Positions 36,701 through 45,485 of a stretch of DNA of 61,564 bases are shown one piece after another. The stretch is from positions 1 through 61,564 of the IMG/VR virus record IMGVR_UViG_3300042507_004218; one strand, 5' to 3'. The notes under the pieces are model-generated. The model was not told the DNA's origin. It made no database searches and saw only the letters and a list, made by a program, of their open reading frames with translations. This DNA is from a virus (taxonomy: Duplodnaviria > Caudoviricetes). The stretch's first letter is position 1, and each line of letters opens with the position of its first letter. Position numbers and translations under genes: made by a program.

Positions 36701-38735
36701 TACCTTTAACACGGCGAGGCTCTGCGGGAGCTTTGGGTTCTTCTGCGGTATAGGTGACGTCTTCGCCCAGCAAAAGCTGTTGCGTCTGGCCAATTGCAGC
36801 AGACGGCTGCGCTTCAGGCGGCGTCGCACGCGCAATGCGCTCCAACACAGTGTCCAGATAGGGAGCTTCTTTGACGCTTTCGGGCAACCGCCGCGCAGCC
36901 ATACGCTGCAACGAAGTGATCTCCGGCCCGAGCTTGCGGCGTTCCTCAGTCTCTGCAAGACGTTCTGCTTCAGCGCGTTCCGTCTCTTCGAGCGCGGCGC
37001 GTTCTTCTGCTTCAAGCTGTGCAATAGGCGAGCCTTGCTGCTTCGCCGCTTGCTGCATGTCGTACTTCTTGAGGCCCTCTTTTACAAGGCTGAGAATGGT
37101 GGCGCTTTCACGCTTGCCAAGATCAGGAAGCTGCTCGTTGGCTTGCACCAAACGACGCGCCGTGGGAATGGAGCCCAGCAGGTACTCAGCATAAACGGGT
37201 GCTCGATCTTTTGGATCAAGCCTATCAGCATCCTGTTGGCTGTTCGCAAGCGCAATACGGCTTTGAGCATACGCAGCGGTAGGTTCAACACGCGGTCTTG
37301 TAACAACCGGCGCGGTAATATCGCCAAAGTCCGCGCTCAACTCCTCCGGTTTTTCTGCAACCAGCGCGGTGCGAGGCTGGCGCTTGACGGCTTCCTGATA
37401 CGAGTACTCCGCGTACTCCTCTGGCGTCATGCCCTCGACGCGCTGACGTTCCTTGAGCTGGGCGATCTCCGCTTTCCGAGGCGTGTACTCCGCCGTGAGC
37501 GGGCGCATCGTTTCGTTGGTGAACGCCTTCAGTTCTTCGACACGTTGCTGGTACTCGACGCGTTCATCAGGAAGCGCATCTTTACCGGGCTTGTCTTTGA
37601 CCGCTGCCTGCAATTCCTGCATGCGCTTGACGGCGGCTTGGTAGTCCGTGTCAAGCTTCAGCAGGTACTCCGGCGACTTCTTCTCCGCCTCCGCTGCCTC
37701 GCGTGCAGCCTTGCGTTGCTCGGCCTCCTGGGCTGCTGCAGCCTCCGCCTGTGCGGTGCGGGCTTCGCTGCGAGACATTGCGCGGCCTGCTGTACCAAGC
37801 GGGGCGCCCACCAGCGTGGTCTGGTAAGCCGCCTGAGCGTACTCCGTCAGCGCGTCGTCAGAGAGCACCGGCAAGCCCGCCTGGGCCCGCTCAAGGGCCT
37901 GCTGGACCACCTCCGTAGGCACCTCCGCTGCAACACCCACTGCCGCGCCTTTGGCAACCATCTTGCCCAGCGACTCACGTGCCAGCGCCTCTGCGGCCTT
38001 CTCCTTGCCCTGCTTCAGCAGCGCCTCTACCTGCGGACCGAAGAGCTTGCCGGCCACCGTGCGCCCAAGAGGGATGAACGTGCCTGCAGCCTCCAGGCCG
38101 GTCTGGAGCGCTGCCGCGCCCGCTGCCGCGCCCACATCGATGTCGATGGGCTTGCCTGCCTGTTGCTGCTCTGCCGCTTGCCGCTCGATGTTGCTGCCGA
38201 AGATGGACGGCATTGTGCTGGCCAGGAAACCCAGGCCACCGCCCACGATAGGCCCAACAGGGCCCGTCACCGGAGAAGTCAATGCACCAAGCTTGGCCCC
38301 CGCTGCTGTGGCACCCAACGACGCCCCCAGTTGAGGAAGCTGTTCAGCGATGGCCAGCGGCGCCTGCCGTGCCACCTCGAATGCCGCCGCGAGAGCACCT
38401 TGCGTGCCGTAGACCTCCTTGACCTTGTCCCAACTGACTTGGGCGGCGTAAGGTGAGGCTGCGGCCCGCTTGAGCGCAAGCTCCGCCGCTTGGTTGGCGT
38501 CACCCGTCGCTGCCTGGACGCCTGTGGTCGTGGTGCCGATCAGGCTTTCGAACCCGCGTCCAAGCGCTGCACCAAATCCCGTGCGTTGTTCAGGCGCGGT
38601 AGGCGCAGGGGCGGCTGCCCCCGCCTCTCTGCGAAGAGCAACTTCGAACGCTTGCAGTACCGTGGCGTAGTCAGGAGTACCGCGTTTGTCCTGATTTGCG
38701 CGAAGCCATTGTTCGTACGCAGCAGAGGTCGTCAT
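30630..38735 (-). CDS. Giant polyvalent virion/ejection protein (2701 aa) with a metallopeptidase-like domain and C-terminal LPD38-like domain
   Basis: LLHEVGAHVG...ELLAY zincin motif; RLPIPFELGYIFKALPE resembles LPD38; last gene of the late arm, as for podoviral internal proteins. Confidence 0.75.
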   Translation of the reverse strand: MTTSAAYEQWLRANQDKRGTPDYATVLQAFEVALRREAGAAAPAPTAPEQRTGFGAALGRGFESLIGTTTTGVQAATGDANQAAELALKRAAASPYAAQVSWDKVKEVYGTQGALAAAFEVARQAPLAIAEQLPQLGASLGATAAGAKLGALTSPVTGPVGPIVGGGLGFLASTMPSIFGSNIERQAAEQQQAGKPIDIDVGAAAGAAALQTGLEAAGTFIPLGRTVAGKLFGPQVEALLKQGKEKAAEALARESLGKMVAKGAAVGVAAEVPTEVVQQALERAQAGLPVLSDDALTEYAQAAYQTTLVGAPLGTAGRAMSRSEARTAQAEAAAAQEAEQRKAAREAAEAEKKSPEYLLKLDTDYQAAVKRMQELQAAVKDKPGKDALPDERVEYQQRVEELKAFTNETMRPLTAEYTPRKAEIAQLKERQRVEGMTPEEYAEYSYQEAVKRQPRTALVAEKPEELSADFGDITAPVVTRPRVEPTAAYAQSRIALANSQQDADRLDPKDRAPVYAEYLLGSIPTARRLVQANEQLPDLGKRESATILSLVKEGLKKYDMQQAAKQQGSPIAQLEAEERAALEETERAEAERLAETEERRKLGPEITSLQRMAARRLPESVKEAPYLDTVLERIARATPPEAQPSAAIGQTQQLLLGEDVTYTAEEPKAPAEPRRVKGTGEFRLYSPPSEEVEGRPPVEKPLTAKDLETRLASSLAREDLPQDIYELLRRVERTLPAQDTQVGREEQKLKPLRFETPSGKTIYPETQVAPKSYYGLVDALLKQVEATQPGEGAPRRITSTSYARAFTAEPTTAAEEDLTLAEARQQRFADNLRKGMSRGDAARDAYAYARERAERAAKKGAKPETAERLGAEYEAEVRAGQAVPKGTALEFGAPVPGRGKSAIGPDTLRGPSAATPEFDLDVPQELRLALTAFEQGRADTEAQLPLFPEGAEKGFILETPEAFKKFLEGKDRPRTMLQREQARFDKARKSLKELKEEIARKEKELKAIQAAKDTLVAARAIVKADKELTALVKKGETLQITTPLSISYIPNAKPALTQAAIDKMDVDERIRRIEEVRGARARVINSANVSAEDKVQLLEVAQVYATELQAAEAERGALLAKTDYLIRAVAVEKALNDIAQLSGRPGMDARIEALQEQLGKARESLGTAGITVSRADAAAAAQSAKAQREREAVKRGLAETERTKRYVAQQQALERMQAAPGGRAVEGAGIPGSTRFAPTQELGAVVYPALTEAQRLSREQPQPRITLVEQKQLLGDPQKVLSGLQSRVSTLAEKLRNKTDAVRQMKLKEIKERKPYDELQAKYKAAKSAEARAAIEPDLQAAERAYNLARNEVMQSVVVWKGYDKDITELATAVRKRDAVADLISSGAFKGAQPQPKRRIGAAEKAAADAAERAASAREAATRAGAPETTGEALTRTEAAEARKAEKTVYQGKGVGVEERASVEEARLLREARQRQARGEELTPLEQFLIEQDNRSRTKETVARRKKEERLAEIRAKDEAGESLTPAERKLLDEADREAEAPAEEDTVSLEALREAETAQKVEGEETPEAADEDARPLDEIFRSRGPTATPSTTGTVRTELKKTFPDLGRVQIYDSVDALVAANPQYKGKIPADARGFVDSAGNKAFLIAENIPQGQALSVLLHEVGAHVGLKSMLGDAQYSALVNAVKSWEKKTDGSTEARVAQAARARVEAAETPAGQVNDELLAYAIEEAVNAGVKPTETKGVLGQWLGRVAQLFRRALEKFGLPPKTLDAQGIVDMAFGAAKMEMRGQAAPAAEARTEPGEILFSRNLPTAARVANQLVGKEKGVIDKIRDNFLGIGGRAQFIDKYFPTEEALKRAGADPTKAMQAMYYLRMVDQQMHFTSQAITNGVPERREIIRPDGTKEYLIEAKPGANLKQAFDILKRKDVVKEAGSADASNKLATLYMAAIRGERVGYNTLNFGRVWAQGEIKRIENELKSTKLSAEQRTVLTKRMNSLESRLDSMPTPEDFKAAKAEIDANPVLRDAFSEVRDIYNQYNRDLINFNVQTGALSKEQANELLQENDYIPYYRIRDGVAELMIGKETPIRIGNLKDSPHLQELVGGDEPIMDFITSSIQNTSMLIDMATHNLAMKNLMFEFKDLGLATVGKVKGGNAPAGAVTFKLDGVEHFGVVDTEALGISSDLLVKGLAGIPTMFPAFVRVMGMPARFLRRMIVASPVYMARMLFRDSTQAAIASGSNTVPILSALKQIGKAGVLERRGITGGQVFTGMPEDMSRMIKAMQAGKLSVTNGLAYLEGKAAQVDALTRRAQYEDYLKQGLSEMEATYRALESMNFSRRGLSPSLHMASTLIPFFNAQIQGLDVLYRSFTGQMPMNERLGVRKKLIARGMMLFGLSIAYAMAMQDDEAYKNAKPEEKYGNWFVSLPGVEQPIRLPIPFELGYIFKALPEAIVNTLSNEEGGEEALKALKHIVQQMIPGGSSYMIPAAVKPLLEVGFGVSAYTGRDIESAREQAIEPGYRARESTTELAKTVGEMTGFSPIKLEFLISGYTGQMGMALISALSAPFAGTGEGPAPATKRPSDLPLVGTLFQPKDASGIIDLVYERMNKVRQVQETYKRMLAENKPEQAKRYAEEKADELSLASVAGAFREQMGQITEFERQVRASTLTPDRKRAELDRARQAKIRLAQAVQGLSGRTAPQAARP

Positions 38736-40441
38736 TACTGCCCTTTCATGATTTCAGCAGCCCTGGCTTCTACGTCAGTTGTACCCGTGGCAGGGGTAGC
38801 GGCGGTTGACGCAACCGTCCCGATACTGCCATATTTGACATCCATTAGGCGCTGCAATCGCGCCATTTCTGCGTCCAGCGCCGCAACTGCTTTGGCATCT
38901 GCCAACGGATTTGCAAGCAGCTTAGCCTTGGCATCCGCAAGCTGCGAGTACTGCACGCCTTCAGGCGACTGCATACGTTTTTGAAGCAGCGAAGCCTCTG
39001 CAAGCGCTTGTCTTCCAGGAACCGCCGCCGCTTGCGCTCCCGCCGCAATCGTCTTGGCTCTGGCTTCGCTCCGCTTGATTTCAAGCTCCGCACTCTCGGT
39101 TTCAAACTTGTACCGAAGCGCAGCGATCTTCTCCGCAGACTCACGCGCCGTCTTGGCATCATTAGCCAGACGCGCTTCCTGATACTTGGCAGTCTCAAGC
39201 TGCAGTTGCCGGTACGTGTTGTTGAGCTGCCGCACCTTTTCGCTGCCGGCGGAAACATACTCCTCGGCCTTCTCTTTGCGCGCTTCACGTGCGCCAAGCA
39301 CTGATGCTAGCCCGGTGCCAAGAGAACCGAACAGTTTGCCTTTCGTGGGATCAATCGAGCCCATCAGTGCAGCAAGCGCTTGCGTGTCTTCAAGCAGTGG
39401 CAGATTAGCGCGGTCCATACGCCGCTGACCTGTACGGACAACTTCTTCACGGATGCGCCGCGCATCCTCCATGGCCAGTTGCTCTTGAAGAGCCTGAATC
39501 CCCGATACTCTCTCGCGTTGCGCTTGAAGCTCAGGAGAGACACCTTGCGGCTGTGAAGCAGCCATCAGTGCCTGGAACGCCTGCATGCGGGGGTCTACTG
39601 CTGGCGTGGCAGCAGGAGCCGCAGCGGGCGGCTTCTCAGTACTCTCGTCGATGCGGCGGCGCTGCGTGGAGCCTGCTGCGGAGCCCGTACCAACGCCTGC
39701 TACGCGCCGCGCTTCTCGCACAGCAAGCGGTTCTGGATAGGGAGCGGCGGGCGCAGTAGCTGCCGGAACTGCCGGCGCTGCCGCAGCGCTAGGCGTTGGC
39801 TGCGTAAAGAAATTCGTCAGCGCGTCTGCAATCGGTACACGCCTTTCTGAAGGCGTGGAAAAGTAGTCGTAAATGCGACGAAGCGGTTCGTCAGGCCCAA
39901 GGCGCTCAAAGAAGTTTTTGTCTTTTCCTTCTTGCGCGGCTCTTGCGGCACGAATACGTTCGGCATTTTGCCGAATGATGGTGTCGCGCTCCGTAGACGA
40001 TCTTGGATTACCGTTCTTGTCGTAGTCAGGATTGACCAGCAATTCTCCGGGCACGAAGCTGCTCCCGCCTCCCGCCAGCGCAACGATGCCGCCCGTAGCC
40101 ATCCTTCGCACTGGCATGCCTTGCATACCGGGCATCTGCTGCGGCTGCGCCGCTTGCGCCGCCTGCATCAACGTTTCATTCGCAACCGTTCCTTGTTGCT
40201 GCTGCGCCTGTTGCTGCGCCAGTTGTCCTTGCACAGCGGCGCGTGCTTGGTCTTGCTTACGTACCTCATCGATGCGAGCAAGAAGCTGGATCGAAGGATT
40301 GCGCATGTACTCTTGGACAAGCTCGTCAAGCGGCATGCCTGAATACTGCTGCACCACGGCGCTTGGCGTACCCTTGGCTTGCGGGGGCGCAAACTGGAAG
40401 CCCTGAGCTTGTCCGGGCATCAAAGACTGCATTGCCGCCAT
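38735..40441 (-). CDS. Putative internal virion/ejection protein
   Basis: 568 aa, Q/A-rich and helical; MATGGIVALAGGG motif. Confidence 0.6.
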   Translation of the reverse strand: MAAMQSLMPGQAQGFQFAPPQAKGTPSAVVQQYSGMPLDELVQEYMRNPSIQLLARIDEVRKQDQARAAVQGQLAQQQAQQQQGTVANETLMQAAQAAQPQQMPGMQGMPVRRMATGGIVALAGGGSSFVPGELLVNPDYDKNGNPRSSTERDTIIRQNAERIRAARAAQEGKDKNFFERLGPDEPLRRIYDYFSTPSERRVPIADALTNFFTQPTPSAAAAPAVPAATAPAAPYPEPLAVREARRVAGVGTGSAAGSTQRRRIDESTEKPPAAAPAATPAVDPRMQAFQALMAASQPQGVSPELQAQRERVSGIQALQEQLAMEDARRIREEVVRTGQRRMDRANLPLLEDTQALAALMGSIDPTKGKLFGSLGTGLASVLGAREARKEKAEEYVSAGSEKVRQLNNTYRQLQLETAKYQEARLANDAKTARESAEKIAALRYKFETESAELEIKRSEARAKTIAAGAQAAAVPGRQALAEASLLQKRMQSPEGVQYSQLADAKAKLLANPLADAKAVAALDAEMARLQRLMDVKYGSIGTVASTAATPATGTTDVEARAAEIMKGQ

Positions 40442-40443
40442 AA

Positions 40444-42897
40444 TCAGGTACCTTTGCCAAACAGGAGGTTATAGAGTAGCGCGCCGCCAAGACCACCTTG
40501 CGTCAGTGCGCCCAGCGTCGAAGCGCCGGTCTCGTAACGCGGCGCTTGCAAAGGCAACCCTTGGAGGAGACTCTGCATAAACGTAGCCTGCTGGTACGGG
40601 TACTTCAGCGATTCCTGGAACTGCTGGTAGCCGAAGTCTAGCGGCTGTTGGGCAATCGCCCGCTGCGTTTCGCCTGCCCTGAGGATGTCGGCCAGCCCGC
40701 GCTGCTGCGCTTCGAACTGCTGCGTGCCCAGCGACCCCAGACCCTGCGCGGCGGCAAGCTGCTGCCTGAGCGCGTCCAAGCCGTACTGAGCGCCGAACTG
40801 CCGAGAGGCTTCCGTCTGCTGCGCACCGGCAAGGCCGTAGCGTGCGAACTCCTGCGCCTGCTGCAGCGCCTGCTGGGCAGCGAACTGCCGAGACATCTCC
40901 TGGGCCTTCTGGGCGTCCATGCCGAATTGCGCTTGAAGCTGCGCCGCAGAGAGCGTCTGCCCTGCGTTGAACTGGCGTGCAGCCTCCTGAGCCTGCTGCG
41001 CGGACAGCCCGTACTGGGCCTGAAGCTGCGCTGCCGTCATGCCTTGTTGGGCACCGAACTGACGCGACGCCTCGGCGGCACGCTGTGCCTCCAGAGCCTG
41101 CTGAGCACCAAACTCCGCACTGCGGGCCGCTTGGCCCGAAGCAAACTGCCGGGACAACTCTTGAGCCTTCTGCGCCTCCATGCCGAACTGGGCCTGAAGC
41201 TGCGCAGCGGTCATCTGCTGGCCGGAATCGAACTGGCGTGCGGCTTCTTGTGCCTGCTGGGAAGACAGCCCGTATTGAGCCTGCAGTTGGGCAGCGGTCA
41301 TGCCCTGCTGCGCAGCGAACTGTTGAGACTGCTCCTGCGCTCTACGCGCCTCCAGCAGTTGTCCAAGCCCTTGCTGGCCAAACTGCGCCCCAAACTGCCG
41401 CGATGCCTCGGCAGCCCTCTGCGCTTCAAGACCAAACTGCGCCCCGCGTTCCGCACCGAACTGGCGTGCAGCCTCTGTCTGCTGCTGAGCCGTCATGCCG
41501 AGCTGCGCTTCCTGGGCGCGTTGCGCCAAGGCACGGTCAAAGGCCCCTTGCAGGCCCCGGGTTCTGATGTCTCCAATCTGCGTGGCGAGGTTGCGCTGGG
41601 CTTCCGCCTCCTCGATGGCCTGTCGCGCACCGCCGAAGGCACCTGCCTGGGCGAAGCGAGCGCCGCGTCCCTGACGGGCAATGTCAGCCTGCCGCTGGGC
41701 CTCCCGCGCTTCGATGTCGGTGACACCGGAGATGTACGGGCTCATGTAGTCCTGCACCGAGCCCACGGGGCCGAGGCCGGTGGTGATCTGCCCAGGCTGG
41801 TAGTTGAACCCCGGTGTGAACTGCGCACCTTGGTACTGCCCTTGCCCGATACCTGCCGTGAAGTCCGTAGATGGACGGTACTGCCCAGGTGCTTGAAACT
41901 GGTTACCGAACTGCGTGGCAGGGCCAAAGCTAGGCGCTTGGAAACCAGTAGAGAACTGCCCAGGTTGGTACGCTTGAGGTGCCTGATAGCCGCCACTAAA
42001 CGTGCCGGTTTGGTATTGTCCAGGTGCCTGAAACTGGTTACCAAACTGCGTGGCGGGGCCGGCTTGGTAGCCGAACCCGGGAGCGAACGCGCTCGGTTGG
42101 TACGCGCCGATGCCTTGGAAAAAGTTGCCGAAGGTCGAGGGCATGTAGCCCATACCAGCGGCCCGCATGCCTGCATCTGCCATCATGTTGCTGGCAATAC
42201 CGAACTGCTGCGGCATCTGCAGGTTCTGGTAGCCCATGAAGGCTTGCTGCTGGAGCGGCGACGCGGGTGCAAAACGCTCCCCGGTGTACGGCTGGAAACC
42301 GAGGTTCGCCAAACCCCACCCCTTGGACAGCATGTCCTGCACATAGGGGCCGAAGCTCGCAGAGAGCGTGGACTGAGAAGGGTCGATGCCGGTGGCGGCA
42401 GCGCCGGTGTTGGTGGTTGTGGTGTCGGTGTTGGTGCCGGTGTTGGTGCCGGTGTTGGTGTTGGCGGCTGGATTGGTGTTAGTATTGTTCGCAATCGTAC
42501 TAATAGGCTGTTCACCCACAAAAGGGTTGTCTTTCTCCCATTGCTGTTGTTTTTGGAAATACGGATTTACTGTAGAGTTCCAATCGTTATAAATTCTATC
42601 GTATTCGGCTTTAAGTTGCGGGTTTGCCCAGTACCCTTGGTAGACCCCCGGATTAGGATTTGCCTTCTTAAAAGTTTCTAGCGCTTGTAAATTTTTGTCG
42701 TACGCGATTGCTTCAGGAGTTGTTTTGATGTACGCGTCACGTTGACGGTTCCCTTCGTTCCAAGGACCATATATTGTATCAGGAATAATCCCCCCAAAAT
42801 CAGGACCGATTGAATTACGTTCAACACCCCTAGGTCCTTGATTGCTATCAAAGTAGTTAGAGAGCTCTTGAAGTGTAGAGTCTTGTCCGCTTACCAT
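40444..42897 (-). CDS. Repeat-rich putative DNA-transfer (pilot/ejection) protein
   Basis: 15-aa F/Y/P/G repeats followed by 29-aa Q/A helical repeats; Gly-rich hydrophobic C-terminus. Confidence 0.65.
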   Translation of the reverse strand: MVSGQDSTLQELSNYFDSNQGPRGVERNSIGPDFGGIIPDTIYGPWNEGNRQRDAYIKTTPEAIAYDKNLQALETFKKANPNPGVYQGYWANPQLKAEYDRIYNDWNSTVNPYFQKQQQWEKDNPFVGEQPISTIANNTNTNPAANTNTGTNTGTNTDTTTTNTGAAATGIDPSQSTLSASFGPYVQDMLSKGWGLANLGFQPYTGERFAPASPLQQQAFMGYQNLQMPQQFGIASNMMADAGMRAAGMGYMPSTFGNFFQGIGAYQPSAFAPGFGYQAGPATQFGNQFQAPGQYQTGTFSGGYQAPQAYQPGQFSTGFQAPSFGPATQFGNQFQAPGQYRPSTDFTAGIGQGQYQGAQFTPGFNYQPGQITTGLGPVGSVQDYMSPYISGVTDIEAREAQRQADIARQGRGARFAQAGAFGGARQAIEEAEAQRNLATQIGDIRTRGLQGAFDRALAQRAQEAQLGMTAQQQTEAARQFGAERGAQFGLEAQRAAEASRQFGAQFGQQGLGQLLEARRAQEQSQQFAAQQGMTAAQLQAQYGLSSQQAQEAARQFDSGQQMTAAQLQAQFGMEAQKAQELSRQFASGQAARSAEFGAQQALEAQRAAEASRQFGAQQGMTAAQLQAQYGLSAQQAQEAARQFNAGQTLSAAQLQAQFGMDAQKAQEMSRQFAAQQALQQAQEFARYGLAGAQQTEASRQFGAQYGLDALRQQLAAAQGLGSLGTQQFEAQQRGLADILRAGETQRAIAQQPLDFGYQQFQESLKYPYQQATFMQSLLQGLPLQAPRYETGASTLGALTQGGLGGALLYNLLFGKGT

Positions 42898-43730
42898 TAC
42901 GCTCTCCTTTGGAGCTTGTTCATCAGCGCGTACAGCGCCGGGGCTCCGCCTGCTCGATTCACAACCGCCTTGGGCACGTAGGCTTCACCGTTGGACACCC
43001 GCGCAGGGGTACGCCCTGCGATTGTCGCAGGGATGCTGTCGCTTGTACCAGTCCCCGGGCCCACAATCGGGCGTGCTCCGGGCAACATCTGGGCAATCCC
43101 ACGCGGGCCTCCCGCGCCGTCCACTGCCCGCTTGGTCATCACGAAGCCGCCATCCTCCATCTGCATGGGGCGCCGGTGCGTCCCGGTGACGCCACCGGTA
43201 GCGTAAGCCTGCATGAGCCCGCCGTTGGCCGCGTACTGTGCGATGGGGCCGTACTTGCCCTGCGCCATGGTGCGGGTAGTGGGCCTTGGCGCTGCCACGC
43301 CGGTGTAGCCCCCGCCGCGAGGCGGCTGCTTGTCGAGGTAGGACAGAAGAGCGCCCAGCCCTGCAAGACCGGCACGGGAGGAGAGGACACTTTGCGCGGT
43401 GTCGAACGCTTTGCCACCGTACTTCTTGGCGACATCAAGCCAGGAGGGCGAGCCTACTGAGGCAAGAACTTTACCTGCCGCATCAACGATGTCGCCTGTG
43501 GAACTGACTACGCCCGTCAGACCGCCACCTACGTCTATGGCTCCTGGGACGCCTTTTAGTGCATCGATGACGCCAGTCCAATTAGTAGCCAGATCGCCAC
43601 TGCCGCCATACAGATCTTGGAGGAAACTACTTGCGTTGTTGGTTACATCGCCCACACTGCTGACAATATCACTTATGTCGCCCCCAATAGAAGAAAGATC
43701 AAAATTATCAAGAAAGTCTAACCAACTCAT
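42897..43730 (-). CDS. Putative virion protein
   Basis: Start moved to ATG 43730 (GGAGG RBS). ANGG/ATGG motifs and a GPGTGTSDSIPA...RVSNGEAYVP module. Confidence 0.65.
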   Translation of the reverse strand: MSWLDFLDNFDLSSIGGDISDIVSSVGDVTNNASSFLQDLYGGSGDLATNWTGVIDALKGVPGAIDVGGGLTGVVSSTGDIVDAAGKVLASVGSPSWLDVAKKYGGKAFDTAQSVLSSRAGLAGLGALLSYLDKQPPRGGGYTGVAAPRPTTRTMAQGKYGPIAQYAANGGLMQAYATGGVTGTHRRPMQMEDGGFVMTKRAVDGAGGPRGIAQMLPGARPIVGPGTGTSDSIPATIAGRTPARVSNGEAYVPKAVVNRAGGAPALYALMNKLQRRA

Positions 43731-43731
43731 A

Positions 43732-45084
43732 TCATCCTCCGTAGGGCAAACCAAACGGTGACATTGCAATTCCACGACGAACGTCCGCGTAGTTCGGTCG
43801 CTCCTCACGTTCTTCCTGCTGCCTCAACAGGCTTGCTAGGCCCAACATCCCGGCAAGATTGGCGCCGCTCGGCGCAGGGGCCGGAGCGGGGGCGGGGGCC
43901 GCCGCTGGCGCTGGTGCAGGCGCGGCTGTTACCTCATTCCCACTTCCACCCCCACTATCCGCTGCAGGGGCTGTTGTCGTGGGCGTCTCGCCGGTACCGC
44001 CTGTCGTGTCTTGCGCCGCAATAGCGTCGATCTGAGCTTGGCTCAGCGGGGTCAAACCAGTAGCGTCCTGGAAGGCTTGGCTGTTCACGATGTTCGACAC
44101 CAGCCCCGGCATGGTGAGCCCTGCGATGGGTCCCGCCACATGCCCCAGCGCCTGTTGGGGAGTAATGACACCGCTGAGAAGACCACCCAGCGCCTGCGTG
44201 CCAGCGATCATAGCCCCTGCACCTGGGACCAGCATGCCCATGAGGGTGTCGATATTTTCGTTGAGGAATGCGTGCGCTTCCATCGAGGCTAGCGCTTGAT
44301 CAACTGTTTGGGTCGGAGATATTTCCATACTGCCCAAGCCCGCATCGGACAGCATTGACAGCGTACCTTGATCAAGCCCTGCTGTGCTTATTGACGGCGG
44401 AGCTTCACCAAGGAAGCCAGTATCCAAAGCGCTTGAACCGACAAGATCTTCAGGAGTAAGCCCCAACATCTGCGCGGCCACATTGACAGCGTTTTGCTGC
44501 GCGGACAGATCTGGCAGTGGTGCGTTAACACCGAACCCAGGGGTGTTGGGGTTCAGGCCAAGAGAAATGTTCAGACCTGCGGAGGCAAGGGGGACGCCCG
44601 CACCTGTACCCCAACCTCCTCCTGAAGCATTAGTGACAACATTCCCCGCCGTCAAACTTGAAAGCGAATCCAGCACCGCCTGTTCAACGGGGTCGGTCGC
44701 AGGCCCGGGAGCAGGACCGGGAGCAGGACCGGGGCCACTTAGTCCGATTTCTCCAAGAACAGCGTCAAAATCAACAGGGGCAGGCCCGGGAGCGGGGCCG
44801 GGGCCGGGAGCAGGACCGGGGCCACTGCCTTCTTCAGTTTCCCCACCTTCGCCGCCTTCTTCGCCGCTCTCCGCAACGACGCCGCCTAGACCGTCTGCAC
44901 CTGTCAGCCCGACACTGACCCCGGGGTCCCCCCCAAGGGCATCAAGGCCCACCGTGGAGGTTTCGCCTCCACCGCCACCGTCGCCACCGCCATCGCCGCC
45001 ATACAGCCGCATCCGCCCAGCCACCGGACGGAAAGCGCGAGGGTCAAGATCGGGGACTTCGCACGCCCAATTCTTGTATCTCAT
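43732..45084 (-). CDS. Acidic low-complexity protein (Gly/Pro/Ala repeats)
   Basis: GPGPAP repeats, APAPA tract; co-oriented within the late operon. Confidence 0.6.
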   Translation of the reverse strand: MRYKNWACEVPDLDPRAFRPVAGRMRLYGGDGGGDGGGGGETSTVGLDALGGDPGVSVGLTGADGLGGVVAESGEEGGEGGETEEGSGPGPAPGPGPAPGPAPVDFDAVLGEIGLSGPGPAPGPAPGPATDPVEQAVLDSLSSLTAGNVVTNASGGGWGTGAGVPLASAGLNISLGLNPNTPGFGVNAPLPDLSAQQNAVNVAAQMLGLTPEDLVGSSALDTGFLGEAPPSISTAGLDQGTLSMLSDAGLGSMEISPTQTVDQALASMEAHAFLNENIDTLMGMLVPGAGAMIAGTQALGGLLSGVITPQQALGHVAGPIAGLTMPGLVSNIVNSQAFQDATGLTPLSQAQIDAIAAQDTTGGTGETPTTTAPAADSGGGSGNEVTAAPAPAPAAAPAPAPAPAPSGANLAGMLGLASLLRQQEEREERPNYADVRRGIAMSPFGLPYGG

Positions 45085-45485
45085 ATCGACCTCTCAAACA
45101 GGACGCTTTTTTCCTTGAACCCGAAACGCGACCAAAGGCGCACTGTGGACGGCCTACCCGCCCCGCCGATGTGCGTAGCTCCTGCCTGTTTCAGCAGCGC
45201 AGCAAACTGCGCAAAGTTCTCCTGATCTGCGATCAACCTACCGCCCATCGCCAGCACGAACGCAACGCGCTTGTTTCGATTGTTCTGAAACGCCACGGCG
45301 GCAGCGCCAACCACGGCGTCGTCTTTTGCCCAATACAGAGCGCACCTACCTTGCCCAAGGTCAGCGCGAAGCTGATCCAGCGTTATGTCCCCATTCGACC
45401 ACTCCAGCGCATCCTTGAGAAAAGGCTCAACCAGCGGCCAGCTTTGGTGGACATGTGAAGTGGGGACAGCCTGGATCACGCTCAT
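45081..45485 (-). CDS. Putative GNAT-fold virion-assembly protein
   Basis: 134 aa; GAGRPSTVRLWSRFGF; position matches small acetyltransferase-like genes in podoviral tail modules. Confidence 0.5.
   Translation of the reverse strand: MSVIQAVPTSHVHQSWPLVEPFLKDALEWSNGDITLDQLRADLGQGRCALYWAKDDAVVGAAAVAFQNNRNKRVAFVLAMGGRLIADQENFAQFAALLKQAGATHIGGAGRPSTVRLWSRFGFKEKSVLFERSI

Noticed and set aside
30630-38735. Virion RNA polymerase (N4-like or two-barrel)
   Set aside because: I could not find T7/N4-type motifs or a DxDGD motif. A structure search is needed to exclude it fully.
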